NCBI GenBank assembly: GCA_965112735.1
Contig: OZ218962.1
Location: forward strand, 1,426,001 to 1,490,000
From: Phaeosaccion multiseriatum
Lineage: Eukaryota > Protista > Ochrophyta, other classes
Length of the DNA stretch: 64,000 bases
Reading direction: 5' to 3'
A program made the translations under genes and the position numbers. Below are positions 46,878 to 59,092 of this stretch, piece by piece (positions within the stretch are counted from its first letter, which is position 1; the number at the start of each line of letters is the position of its first letter). The notes under the pieces were generated by a model. It did no database searches. It saw nothing but the letters and a program-made list of their open reading frames with translations, and was not told the origin of the DNA.

Positions 46878-47033
46878 CCCCTGACACGCTATCCGCTATC
46901 CGCTATCCTGGGGGGGGGCGTGCTATCCGCTGTCGCCGGCGCCAGCCGATCCGCTATCCGCTATCGGCCGGTGGCCGATAGCGCGCTATCGGGGGCGGGA
47001 GGGGGCGATAGCGCGCTATCGCACCGTCAGGGG
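46878..47033. mobile_element. MITE-like CCCCTGA-family element
   Basis: ATATATTCGA-CCCCTGAC ... GTCAGGGG-TCGAATATAT; internal CGCTATC and GATAGCG repeats; starts 14 nt after the PIGV stop. Confidence 0.78.
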
Positions 47034-47169
47034 TCGAATATATTTTTGACTCCTATTAGTCCTTTGCATTCAAACAATCTGTGAACTTTCGCGCACCCCC
47101 CCGGGTTTCGTCCTCTCCTGCGTTGCCTTCGCACGCGGTTTTTTCCTTACCTCCACCTTTGAGGAAGCC

Positions 47170-48888
47170 ATGGTGGCTATGGCTTCGAGGCAGCTACGGA
47201 GGGGCATGCGGCTCCCGCTGATGGCCATGGACAAGAAGGTGCTGGCGGGCAGCAACAGCGGCAGCAGCCGTGGCGGCGACGCCAAAGTCTCCTCAAGAGG
47301 ACTAAGGACTGTGCCTGGACAATACGGCATCAACCAGCGGCAGGGCGTCAGCGGGAAGCGGATAGCTGTTTTCGGAGGAACTGGCATGCTCGGACGCTAT
47401 GTCCTCAATCATTTGGGTGAGGATTGCTCTCCGGGGGGATTCATGCTGCCTTGCTGAGCAGGCATATTGATGTCCCCAAAACCTTCTATGGTTGGGTTTA
47501 ACGCACGCCTCTCTCCACTGCACCTTGCTTTGCATTGCAGGCAAGGTTGGCACGCTGGGAGTTGTTCCAAACCGAGATTCAGACATGGCGGTGCGCTTCT
47601 TGAAGCCGAACTTCGACCTGGGCATGTTCCATTCGCCCTTCTATAGGTGTGTCGGGAGCTGTCTCGTATTCAATGGCCAGAAGGAATGATAGGAGGCTTA
47701 CATTTTCCCGCATACTTTCCTTCTACTGCTATGGTTTATGTATGCATGTGGAAAAGCTTTGACGACGAGGAGTCTGTGCGGGAAGCTATCCGGGGGTGCG
47801 ACGCTGTCGTAAACTGTATTGGCAAGTATTACGAGACGAAGCACCTGGTCATGACGAGGAGGAACAACGGAAAGCTGTCTAACATCAATTGTACCTTCGA
47901 GGAGGTGAGGACGATGGCACTTGGGGCGTGTGGATTGGGGGAAAGTGCGAGTGCATGATGCCCGTGAATCGTTTCCCTCTTGTCGGCCCGACTGGCCAGG
48001 TGAATGTGGACATCCCGCGGCTTATTGCGCGGCTGGCGAAGGAAGAGGGTGTCCCTCGCTTGGTGCACGTGTCTGCCTTGGCGCAAAACCCGGACAGCGC
48101 CTCTCGGTGGTCCAGGACGAAGGCCGAAGGCGAGGTCGCGGTGCGAGAGGAATATCCAGAGGCGGTGCTTGTCCGACCTGCAAAGCTGTTCGGAGACGAG
48201 GATCGGTATTTGACTTGGTAAGTGAAGTTAGTGTGTCTTGGCCTGCTCTCCCTACAGAGGTGAATTTAAACCGACCAACCCAACTCCTTCCCCAGGCTTG
48301 GAGACATGTGTACAAAGTTTGCCGTGCCTCTCGTAGAGGGTGGAAAGGCGCTGCAGCAGCCTGTGTCCGCTGTGCAGGTGGCAGAGTGCATCGCTACTCT
48401 TGTGGACAATCCAGAGCTCCTTGACTTGGATGGCAAGGTCTGTGAGTTTGCAGGACCAGAAACGTGGGCGTGGGACGAGGCGGCCCAGTTTTTCTTTGAA
48501 GTCATCAACCATCCAGGCCGGTCCATCAACTTGTCCCGGTCGATGGCGGAGGCAGCTGGGCGCGTGTTCCAGCAGTTTCCAAACCCTTACTTTACGGCGG
48601 ATGAGGTGAGTGAGGAGGACACACCCTCTCCCCCTCTCCCCCCCTTTCTTTTGCTCATGTCGCTTTCTTTGCTCATATGCCCATCTCCGTGCAATGAATG
48701 TATAGGCCATTCAAATGACTGAAGACGTGGTACTAAGCCCCAGCTCAGCGGCCATGAAGATGGAGGACCTCGGTGTCGTGCCCTGCAAGGTTGCAGACAA
48801 GGCCTTTGGCATCTCACACAAGTACAGACCTGGAGGCTCCTTCATCGATGTCCAAGGATATCATGACACTACAAATCATGTCCATTAG
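47170..48888 (+). CDS. NDUFA9: NADH dehydrogenase (complex I) 39 kDa subunit
   Basis: VSGKRIAVFGGTGMLGRYVLNHLG, DLG, VVNCIGKYYETK, VHVSAL, SRTKAEGEVAVREEYPEAVLVRPAKLFGDEDR; mitochondrial-type presequence. Confidence 0.93.
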
Positions 48889-49160
48889 TTTTAACGGGGT
48901 GTAGGTCTATTCACAAGTCATTGAAACCCCCACCCTTGCTGTCTATTGTCGAGAGAGTCTGAGGGAGGTCCTCCGCCTTAAACGTTACGAATAAAGTAAA
49001 AAATTGTATGAACACTTCTAAATACATGCCTCCCCCTTCCCTCCCCCCTTTTTTTTAAACAGGGGGTTCCTGCAATTTCCAAACAAAATAATATAACCCC
49101 CCGACTCCAACCCCTCTTCCCTTTCCCCCCCACCCCCCCTCCCCACACGTGCAATTGAAT

Positions 49161-51089
49161 TTATACAGATTCCTTCCCTGCGTTTGCGCCCACTTCAGTT
49201 GTGTCCTTATTGTACTTCGTCATGGCGGACAATATCTTGATGCGCGGGCCCTTTGGGATTCGAAGTTCCTTCAGATCATCATCCGTCATGAGGACCAGTG
49301 CATCGAAGTCAATCTCATTCTCCTCGAAAATGGTCTCATACTTGTCGAGGGACAGCTCTTGCAGCAGGCCGGCCAGGCTGCCGTCCTCTAGCCCTTCGTC
49401 GCCGGGGTGCACCGATCCTCCGTCAGAGTCCCCCCCCTTGGCCGCTGCTGCGGGCGTCATTTTCTCCTCTTTCTCTGACAAGCTTCCGAGCTGCATCGCT
49501 GGAGCAACCGCGGGAATGTTTCCGGGGGAGGTGACGGGGCCCAGCTGCGGAGATGGGTGCGGTGTGGCCGGGATGGGGCTCTCATTTGCTACGCGTCCCC
49601 GCGGTCGCTGATCCCCGTCCTTCAGAGCAGCCACTCCCGCCGTGAATGGACTTGAGAACAAACTCCATGTTGGGAAGCCGGGGTCGCCACCTCCCTTCGA
49701 ATCCGCGGCGGCGGCAGCAGCGCCCAGACTTTGGGAGGCTGGGCTCTGCGGCGTGGATGACGCAGGCGTCCCTCCCACCCTGGGTGAGGAATACCCTGCC
49801 GCCGTTGCGCTGCTAACGCTCCCGTGCAGGACGACGCTGTCCACGTCTGCGTCAGAGTCCACCTCGCTAAAGTTACCGTCATAGCTGCTGCTGTACAGCC
49901 GCTCGTCTCGGTGGCCGCCCAGCGGTATGCCCGCGTGCACCACGGGCGAGGCCGAGGAGGAAGAAGCAGAGGAGTCTCCGGTCTTGAGACAGCCAAACTC
50001 CGAGGGGCGGGAATTTGGCGGTGGCATGCCACCGTAGTTAAAGCTGTTCTCCATGGACTGGTAATGTGGTGGCAGCTGCTGTTGCTGTTGCTGTTGATGG
50101 TGATGGTGAGGGTGGTGCTGTTGTGGGTGGTGCTGCTGTGGGTGCTGCTGGTGCGGGTGGTGGTGGTGGTGCTGGTGCTGGTGCTGCAGCAAGGAGTAGT
50201 GGGCCAACGCAGCTTGTATAGACCGCTGGACACTCACACACGCCAAGTCCACTGCATGTCCGTTTCCCCTCACAATCACCTTCATCATCTTCTTATTCAC
50301 CACCACCTGCGCCCTAGTCTCCTTGACGATGCGGGCAATGGTCGCTCGGTCCCCCAGAATGTCGAGAACGTGCGGAGGACAGTCCAGCGTGCGAGTGACC
50401 GCCGCCTCCACCGCCCCGGCCTTAATGGGAGCCGCGAGAACATAGGCCTCCACCCCCTTGGCCGCATGCTCCACCGTTCTCACGTCCGGTCCCGTAATGG
50501 TCAACTTCAAGGCCCGCTGATCCACCCACATGTTGCAGCCCGTCTTTTGCTTCATCTCCTTTATGGTGCTTCCATTCTTACCGATAATCCATCCGACCAC
50601 CTCCGCGTCGATGTCCATATCACACCTCACAAAGCCCTGACATCTCTTGAGAGAGTAGGCCTTGCCAAAGAAGCTCCCACCCAAACCGTCCTTCGGCCCA
50701 GACAGCATGTACGGCGGTTGCTGCAGCTGTTCCTTGTAGAACGGCTCCGACGGAAACACCTTCCGTTCGTAATTGTTCTTGCCGTAGTACTCCATGTCAT
50801 GCGGAAAGTACTGGCCCTGGGCGGGGTGAGAGTGGCCCTGAACAGCGAGTACATGCTGCTGCTGCTGCTGCTGCTGCCGTTCCAGCTCCCGCTGGTGTTC
50901 CTGGGTCTGCAACTCGGTCAACTGCCGCTCCGCGTCCCGCTCCCCCTGCTGCTGCTGCTGCTCTCCCACATGCCCCTCCTCCTTCCGCTGCTGCTGGTGG
51001 TACTTCTCATGGTGCATGTCTTCGCTCCCCTGGTTATCCGGCCCCCAGATGTCCAGCCCCCACTGCTGCGGAGACGGGTCCACAGCCAT
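49161..51089 (-). CDS. RNA-binding protein with KH + degenerate KH domains and a C-terminal SAM domain (BicC-like architecture)
   Basis: VGWIIGKNGSTIKEMKQKTGC (GxxG KH); SAM LQELSLDKYETIFEENEIDFDALVLMTDDDLKELRIPKGPRIKIL. Confidence 0.88.
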   Translation of the reverse strand: MAVDPSPQQWGLDIWGPDNQGSEDMHHEKYHQQQRKEEGHVGEQQQQQGERDAERQLTELQTQEHQRELERQQQQQQQHVLAVQGHSHPAQGQYFPHDMEYYGKNNYERKVFPSEPFYKEQLQQPPYMLSGPKDGLGGSFFGKAYSLKRCQGFVRCDMDIDAEVVGWIIGKNGSTIKEMKQKTGCNMWVDQRALKLTITGPDVRTVEHAAKGVEAYVLAAPIKAGAVEAAVTRTLDCPPHVLDILGDRATIARIVKETRAQVVVNKKMMKVIVRGNGHAVDLACVSVQRSIQAALAHYSLLQHQHQHHHHHPHQQHPQQHHPQQHHPHHHHQQQQQQQLPPHYQSMENSFNYGGMPPPNSRPSEFGCLKTGDSSASSSSASPVVHAGIPLGGHRDERLYSSSYDGNFSEVDSDADVDSVVLHGSVSSATAAGYSSPRVGGTPASSTPQSPASQSLGAAAAAADSKGGGDPGFPTWSLFSSPFTAGVAALKDGDQRPRGRVANESPIPATPHPSPQLGPVTSPGNIPAVAPAMQLGSLSEKEEKMTPAAAAKGGDSDGGSVHPGDEGLEDGSLAGLLQELSLDKYETIFEENEIDFDALVLMTDDDLKELRIPKGPRIKILSAMTKYNKDTTEVGANAGKESV

Positions 51090-51635
51090 GATGCCCGCCC
51101 CCGCTGCGGGGCACAGGTTGATGTTGAGCGGAGGTTTGCTCCTCTCCTCGAGGAGAACACAAACAAGCAAAAAAGTACTACCTAGCCCTGACTATCCCTG
51201 TCCCAATGGCTGGGTGCCGCGCTTCCTCCGGTGCCACTTGGGGCGCTAAGCTTAGGCCAGGCCACTTGTTCGGTCTCTGACTCAAGTTCACGGTTGATGC
51301 TGTGTATAAGCGGGTATAAGCGGGGTATTCTCCTCGCCTCGTGCAGACCAAACAAGCACAAAAGCACTACCCTTGACTGTCCCTGCCCCAGTAAACTTGT
51401 GGTGGTGTCCCAGTTTTGTCCTATCTGTGACTAAGAACCACCAGCTGCGTCAACTTTCCATAACGTCCGGTGAGGAAGCAAAAAATTCAAGCTGGTGACT
51501 CCTCCAGGGGGGAATGTGATTCCTAATAAGTCAATAAACATAAATGTCCTCCACACAAGCTTTGGCGACGGCGCTGGAGCACCAACTCATACTTCATAAA
51601 CACACGATATATTAAGCGTGTATATTAAACACACG

Positions 51636-53538
51636 ATGGCCTCGCGAGGCTTGGCTGGTCCGCGCGGAGGCATTTGGGAGGCTGTGATCGGCTTGGAGGT
51701 GCATGCCCAGCTGAGTGTGCGGAGTAAGCTGTTCAGCCGCGCGTCGTCGGGGGTCTCGGAGCATACTCTAGGGCAGCGACCGAACGGGCGAGTGTCCTGC
51801 TTCGACGCGTCCTTCCCGGGCACGCTGCCCACGATCAACGCGGCGGCTGTGGATCAGGCAATCCGCGCGGGCTTGGCGCTGCAGTGTGAGATCAACCGGC
51901 GAAGCTTGTTCGAGCGCAAGCACTACAGCTACTGCGATTTGCCGCATGGGTACCAGATTACGCAGCAGAGGTTTCCGGTGGCCAGCGGCGGTCGCTTTTG
52001 CCTTTCGAAGGACGTCTCCATTCGGGTATGTGGCCGCAACACAAACTTGCTTCTTCCGGTGAGGCCTAAGTGTGCTGTATCCTTCGTCCTGCCCCCCAAC
52101 AAAGGTGAATCGCATCCAGCTTGAGACGGACAGTGGGAAGAGCCTCCACACCCAGCAGCACGGGCAGTCTCTGGTGGACTTGAATCGGGCAGGCTGCGCT
52201 CTCATGGAGATTGTCATGGAGCCCGATATCCGGGGGCCCCAGCAGGCTGGGGACACGCTCAAGGCCCTGCAGCAGCTTTTGGTGGGTGTATGAGAAAGAG
52301 AGAGAGAAGCAGCCTTGCCTTTCCTTTTCGGTGATTGGAAGCCGGCCAACCTCATGCTGCTTCTAAACCAGCCAGTCTTGTGCCCATGCTTGTTTCTGTT
52401 ACGATATGTACTCAGCGGCACATTGGCTCGTGTGACGGCAACATGGAAGACGGGTCACTGAGGTGCGACCTCAACGTCTCAGTCAGGCCCATTCAACAGC
52501 CCCAGCACGGGGCCCTTGTGGACGAGGCGGCCGCCGGGGAGAGGGTGGAGATCAAGAATATGGCCAGCATCAAGAGCCTTGTGCTCGCGGCGCAATTTGA
52601 AGCAGAGAGACAAGTGGCACTGGTGGAAGGCGAGGGGGGGCGCGTGGTGCAGGAAACTCGAACCTTTGATCTCGCGGCAGGGGTGACTCGACGGACGAGG
52701 CAGAAAGAACAAGCAGCAGACTACCTGTTCTTCCCGGAGCCTGATCTGCCGCCGCTGGTTCTCGAAACAGACAGGTATTCCTTCCTACCCACACTATGGA
52801 GGTGGTGTAGCTGAATGAACGACGAGATGAAACGTCGCTCCGAAATGCTTTTCAGCAACGTTTCTTTGCCCCTTTATACCCCCCCTACACCCCCTCGTCC
52901 CCCGCCTCTATCGCACCCGGCCCAGGATTAAGGCCCTCAAAGAGAGCTTGCCAGAGCTGCCAGAGGAGACGTTGCATCGCCTCACGCAAGTGCACGGGTT
53001 GTCGAGCTATCAGGCCGGCATTCTGCTCAATGACGCGGCAGCCATAGCCTTTTACGAAGACGTTCTCTCCGGGGGGCGCAACGACAGAAATCCCAAGGAG
53101 GTGGCAAAGTGGCTGTGCAATGACCTCTTTGGTCTCTTGAATTCTCAGGGCCAGAGCTTGGGTAGCTGCGCCATTTCTCCGGAGGATTTTGGGTCCTTGC
53201 TTGACTTGCTCGCCCAAGGGGAGATATCTACACAGGCCACCAAGACGCTACTGGAGAAGATGTTCCAGCAGGAGACAGCCGCAGCCAAGCCCGTTTCTGA
53301 GTGGGTGAGGGAGTTGGGCCTGGGCCGTGACAATGTGCAACAAGACGACAGTGTCTCGGACATGTGCAAGCAAATCGTGCAAGATCCCAAGAACGAAGCA
53401 GAGGTGCTTGCGTACCGCGCAGGGAAAACGAATGTTCTGAAGGTATTTATGGGTCAGGCAATGAAGTCGAGCAAAGGACGTGCAGACGGACGCAAAGTCA
53501 GGGCTTTTCTAGTGCACTTCCTGGGAGAAGCCGACTAG
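51636..53538 (+). CDS. GATB: Organellar Glu/Asp-tRNA amidotransferase subunit B (4 exons)
   Basis: [90 protein letters not shown]. Confidence 0.96.
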
Positions 53539-53560
53539 GGGCTGGCTGGCGTTTGGCTCA

Positions 53561-56297
53561 CTAGAATTTCAGCAGTTCGAAGGAGTAGTCCTCCCCGCCT
53601 TGGGCCTTCTGCTGCTGCTGCAGCTGCTGCTGCCACCTCTTTTGTGAGCCTTGTCCCTCCTTGGCAGCCGCTGGTCGCCCCTCGACGTGGCAGATCTTGA
53701 AAAGGCACGCCTTCACGTCTATCAAAGACTCGCAAGCCTGCGCGCACCACGAGAGGGGAGATTGCGAGAGAGAGGATGGTCAAGCAACAACGACATAACC
53801 AAGAGCTTTTGTGGTGGTGCTGATGTTGCATACCTGAGTTTGATGAGAAAAGCACTCTTCCAGGTCGCGGAGCACAGCAACGAGGGCCGCGTCGCCGGAG
53901 CCTTGCACCACCTACAGACAGTCAACAACGGAATGATGTGTTGGCTCATCGAGGTAGAGGGGAAAGACGGCCGAGAGTGACGCGCTCTCACCATGCGTGA
54001 GAAGTGGCTGTCAAGCAAAGCTGAAGCCCACGTTGCGATTGCCTCTGTGGTCGGCGGAGCAAGCCTCTTTTCTATCCGAGCATTCGCCTTCAGGGCTCTG
54101 TTTTCTGCCACCCTCCCCCGCATTAGCATTCGGCGCAGCAGGCGCAGAGTGAGCAAAACCTCTGTACTAGTAAACTGCTGGAGAGCGGGCCGCAGGAAAG
54201 CGGCGTTGTGTTTGACAGACAGTGCGACGCTTAGAAACTTCTCCGCCGCCGCCTCCCCAGTCTCCCCCGTGCTCTCTCCGTCCTTCTCTGTCAAGTCCTG
54301 AACTGAAGACAATAGGCACCTTCGAGTGATGAAGCGCGAGGAGAAGGCGACGTTAAAAGGGGGACTGAGGAAAGACACAGAGAATAAAGAATGAACAATC
54401 AATTGCAATGGCGTACCTCAAGATGGCCACCACGTCATTTTCCCGAAGATCAGGTACGAAGGCCAGGACGAGCTGCAGCAAATCGCATCGCCTCTGTGCA
54501 ATGAGCTGTGCAATGAGCTCCGAGTGCCTCCACGCACTCACCCTCCCGCTGCGCAGTATAGGCGTTAGGGCCTGCCATAGCGCCTCGTGCTGCGGATGGG
54601 CAAGAACAGCCTTGATGGCTGCGTCGGCCACAGCCGTGGAGTAGCACCCGCGCTCACGCGAGAGGTACGCGTCGTGTACCATGGGGGCGGGGGCCTTTCT
54701 TTTCCTGCTTGGTATTGTCTTCGTGGCCTTCTCCTTCTTCTTCTCCTCCTCTTCCTCCTCCTCCTCCTCCTCCTCCTCCTCCTCACCCCCCTCAGCCTTC
54801 CCCCCACTTCTGACCCAGACGTTGTGCTCCCTGAGGGCCGCGACAAAACGGGGGGCATCTTGTTTGCTGGCTGCCTCCCAAAGCACCTTCTCCAGCCTTT
54901 CATCCGCTTGCTGGGCCCGACTCACGACGTGCGTGTGCCACTCCTCTGGAACCACGCCCCCCACCACCATGTTGAGCATCTCCTGCACGGCTTCATTCTG
55001 GTCCATGTTCCCCATAGCTGCGTCCTTCTCGTCTCGAAAGGAAGGCTTGTGCGTGGCTTGTTGCCAATGTTGCCGAAGTGCTTCCACCAGAGTCCCAGCA
55101 CTGGCCGCTGTCCCGAACTGCATCGGGTACAAAGCCACAGACCCGTGTCCGAAAATCGCCAGGGCCTTGCCTGCCCTGTCCCCCACCATGCCCAGTCTCT
55201 CCTTGCCAGCTGCTCCTTTCCATCCTAGCTCTCTCCTCCCTTTCCATAGGCAGACTCCGAACGAGGCGTCCCACACTCTGAAGAAGCCATCCCCCTCCTC
55301 CCCAGCAGTCATCTCTATCAAGTACGAAGGTGCCACCGCTACTATCGTTGGGGGACTCTTTGCCCATGCCAATGCTTTTTTCTTGGTACCTCCCTTTCGC
55401 TGGGCTCCAGGCGCTCCTACGGTTCGACACCACTCCGGAACAAGGAGTCGCGTCTTCTCCTCCTCCGTCTGCTGCTCAAGCTTGTACTTGACCAAGACAA
55501 GCTCATCCTCTCCCACCTTCCATAAAACCGAAAGTGCGCACAAGTTCTCGTGGTATGCCGCTGCGCATACTACGGTTCCTCCTGCCGCGGGCCTCAAATA
55601 GTCTGCAGGAAACTGCAATGAAAGGGACGAGGGCTCTTTGGGGGAGTTGTCTCCTTTCAAGAGACACGTGACGTTGTAGAGGAGCAGAGAAAAGGCGCCA
55701 GGCCGCTTTGCCTCTTCCACCAGTACCATACACGTGAAGTCGAAAACACCGGACCAAACCACCTTCGACCCTTTCCCAAACGTCGGTGACGGACAAGACC
55801 TGCCCGTCTCCTTCAGGTCCCCATGATACACCGCTACCCCGGGGAGCTTCCCGCCACAAACTGCCAGCAGGGTATCAGGCAGCCCTGGACATGCATGCAA
55901 GTCAATAAGGCCCGCGGGAGCTGGAATCTTGAGCTGCTGCTTCATAGTCGTGTCCTTTTCCTGCCACGAGACCATCTCATCGCCCACTGCCGCCACATAG
56001 CGTTGGCACGCCGGGAGAAAGAGCGCGGGCCCGGTGAGGCACGTGGCAGGCCCGGGCTTGAAGCTCCATTGACGCACTCGCTGCCAGCCGTCCGTCTGCG
56101 CAAGGATGGGGTTGGGGGAGAGGGTCATTCGTTGCTCGCAGAGAGGAGTGAGTGGTGCTGGCAATTCTCACCTCATAGACAGTAATCGCATGGTCGGTAG
56201 TGACTACGAGCTCCGCCAGTCCCCTCCACGCCACCCCCACCACCTTTTGGCGCCTGTCCTTGTCCAACGTGAACTGGAGCTCTCCTAGCGGCACCAT
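53561..56297 (-). CDS. NOL11: Nucleolar protein 11-like (SSU processome t-UTP)
   Basis: N-terminal ITVYE/..QWSFKPG..LTGPAL; LLQLVLAFVPDLRE; WASALLDSHF; C-terminal DYSFELLKF*; all recall NOL11 motifs. Confidence 0.7.
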
Positions 56298-56417
56298 CTT
56301 TGGGGCTCTCTTCGACCCTCACGGCCTCACAGGCCAAATTGGATGTCCAACACGCGAAGAGCAGAGGCTTGATACGGAAGACGGTCAGAGAAATTATACC
56401 CTTCCTTGACCGGAATC

Positions 56418-58739
56418 ATGGTCGAAGAGAAGGGGAAGAGGCTACTAGTCTTTTCCTTCTCGTGCCTACTCAACTTTAGCACGTCAGGCTTACTTCTCGG
56501 CTTCGCAGCCCTGAGTCCCATCTTGACTACGGAGGAGGGAAAAGGGGGGGGGGGAGTAACTGCGGCGCATGCTCACGTAAGATGTGTTTGTGGGATATGT
56601 TTGCGTCCAGCGGCGAGATTCCTCATGCACTGCTCACTCACTCACTCACTTACTCACTCTCAGGAAATTTTCGTCGCATCAAGCACCTGCGGTCTGTTGT
56701 CGCCATTGCTGTTGGGAGCGCTGCTCGACGCCACCGGCCCCCGTCTCACAGTTTGCTTCTCTCTATTGTGAGTTGAGTGGTGGTGCTGCTGCTGCGACTG
56801 TTGAGATCTCATTTTGTATTCAACGCGTGTACGTCCCCACCAGGATGGTTTCCTCTGGATTAGTCATCTGCGGGACCAACTCGCTAATGGCAGGTATTCA
56901 TGATCCCCTTGAGATGGCCTTGCGATTTCCTGCTTTGTCCTCAGCGAATTGAGCCCCCCCCCAACCCCACAGGCTTCGTTCTACTTTCAATTGGAGGGCC
57001 CGGGGTCCAGTCAGGGATCATTCACACCTCCAACCTTTTCCCCCAAAAGAAGGGCCTGGCAACCTCCGTCATCACGGGCAGCTTTCAGCTATCGTCCACC
57101 ATCTTCCTTCTCTTCAATGTCTTGTAAGTAGTCTTTCATAGTGCCTTTTCCTTCACAGTTGGGAGGTGGCGTGGAATCAGTAAGTACCTCCTTTTTGATC
57201 GGGGTTTACCCTCCCTGCAGGTGGCAGAACACCCCTCTAGTACGGGACTTCAGCACGCTATTCATTGGTTACGGCTGCTTTGTGGTAGCTCTTGTGGTCA
57301 TGGCTGCTCTTGTCATGCCTTCAAAGCCGTACTCGCTCAAGGAGGAGATTCGCGAGACCCTCATGGAGAATGTGAGTTGGGCGAGGAAGGGGTGCGGACA
57401 AACGTGATGGAGATGATCACCACCTATTCCTACTACTCGAACCCAGCCGGGGATGGCTGCTAAATTCGAAGAAAAGACGGAGGAGGAGCTGAGATCTGTC
57501 ATCACCCTACCGAGCGTCTACATGAAGCACCACAAGCATCCAGTGGACCCTTCCCCCCACGCGCATGGTGAGCATACCTTTACCCCGTCCATCCTGTGCT
57601 AGTTCGTGTCTATCCTGACCCCTCCAAACGTGCCCACCCATTTTCAGCGGCCCTCCGAGACGCATCGTTCATGGTGCAAATACTGTCTCCGGAGTTCTTT
57701 CGCCTCACTATGCTTCTCTCTCTAGGAGTGCTCTGGGCCAACTTCTTTGTCGGTTAGTCAGTCCCTTTTTGTCCGGAGGGCCTTTGTTTACATGTTGAGC
57801 CTAACCCTTCTTACATGCACCTCTGCGTCTGCATCGGAACAAGGTGCGTTGCCGACCATCCTTGATGACCAGAACTTGGAAGAGCGAGCAGTTAGTCGCT
57901 TGCTACAGGCCTTCACAGCCATCGCTTCGGCCGGTGGAATGGGCATTCCCGTGATTGGGATCCTCATGGTACGTTTTTACTCCCGCCCCCCCTGCCCATC
58001 ACACAGCTCTATTTTTACCCTTTTGTCTTCTTCCGGCACCTCCCAGGACAAGTTCGGCTTTCCCCAAGCAGCGCTCGCAACCATCACTTTGGGGGCGCTG
58101 TTCACCCTGGGCATTGCCGTGCGCAATCAAGTGGTCCTGGTCATCTCTTTCATCGCGTACTCCCTCTTCAGGACGTTCCTCTTCTCCTTCTTCTTCGGCT
58201 ACGGTGAGCTCGCAAGGAATCATGGGTTCCCTCCTACCATAATTTCTTACCGGAAATCTCCGTTCATCGCTCCCGTGGACACACATGTTAGTTGCACACA
58301 CCTTCGGCTTTGAGTTTTTCGGGGTACTGTCAGGTAAGAACGGGCTTCATGCGAGGGAGCGAGTGGCCTTTCCCATCTTACTCACTCACACCTCTCATTT
58401 TCCGTCGAGCCGAGCAGGAGTGTCGCTTTGTGTGGCTGGTGTGGTTGGGTTGCTCCAGCACCCACTCTTGGCCCTGGGTAGGGGCGGGAACTGGGGAGCC
58501 ATAAGCTTTGCCCAGCTGCTTTGCTTTGCGGGCCTCTACTTGATGGTCGCGTATGAGTATGTACATCAACAGGTTAGGTCGCTTCTGTCTTTGATTTGCG
58601 CTGCTTCACCCAACGCCACACGTCCCCGTTTGCTGTTCAGAACACTCGCAAGGACAGACCGTACATCAAATCTCAGGCCGAAGCGGTTCCACTGCAGAGC
58701 GCACAGTCACAAACCTCTCCTCCGCCTCGGTACTTGTAG
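56418..58739 (+). CDS. MFS transporter, SLC43/LAT3-like, multi-exon
   Basis: GLLLGFAAL, LLGALLDATGPR, HTSNLFP, ITGSFQLSS, GILM/DKFGF, FRTFLFS, FGFEFFGVLSG; many TM segments. Confidence 0.8.
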
Positions 58740-59092
58740 TCTACAACAGGATGAACGAGCGGCCGCGCGTTGGAGGGGTGCGATAGATTCATAGATACAA
58801 ATAGGGGGTATGTTGGCTTTCCACATGCAACAAGCTACGAGGGTACATGTGGGCTTGATCCACAAGGAGCAGTTGTGATAGCAATATAGAAAAATAACCA
58901 CAACTCGCTGGTAACTCATGATCGGGTCACGTCACACTGTCAGCGTCGCTGGATCACGTCATAGCAAAATCACATCATGGATTTTTTCTTGGTCTCAACG
59001 TCTCCACACTGAAAACAAGAGTTGATTTTTTTATGTAAAAGTTACTGTACTAGAAGGTGTTTTGTATATAAAGCTGTACAATTTTTCGGACA

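Noticed and set aside
22650-56297. Functional cluster of ribosome/RNA-processing genes (RPS11, TSEN2, WDR12, eIF4A, GATB, NOL11)
   Set aside because: Interspersed with unrelated genes; compatible with chance in a housekeeping-rich region
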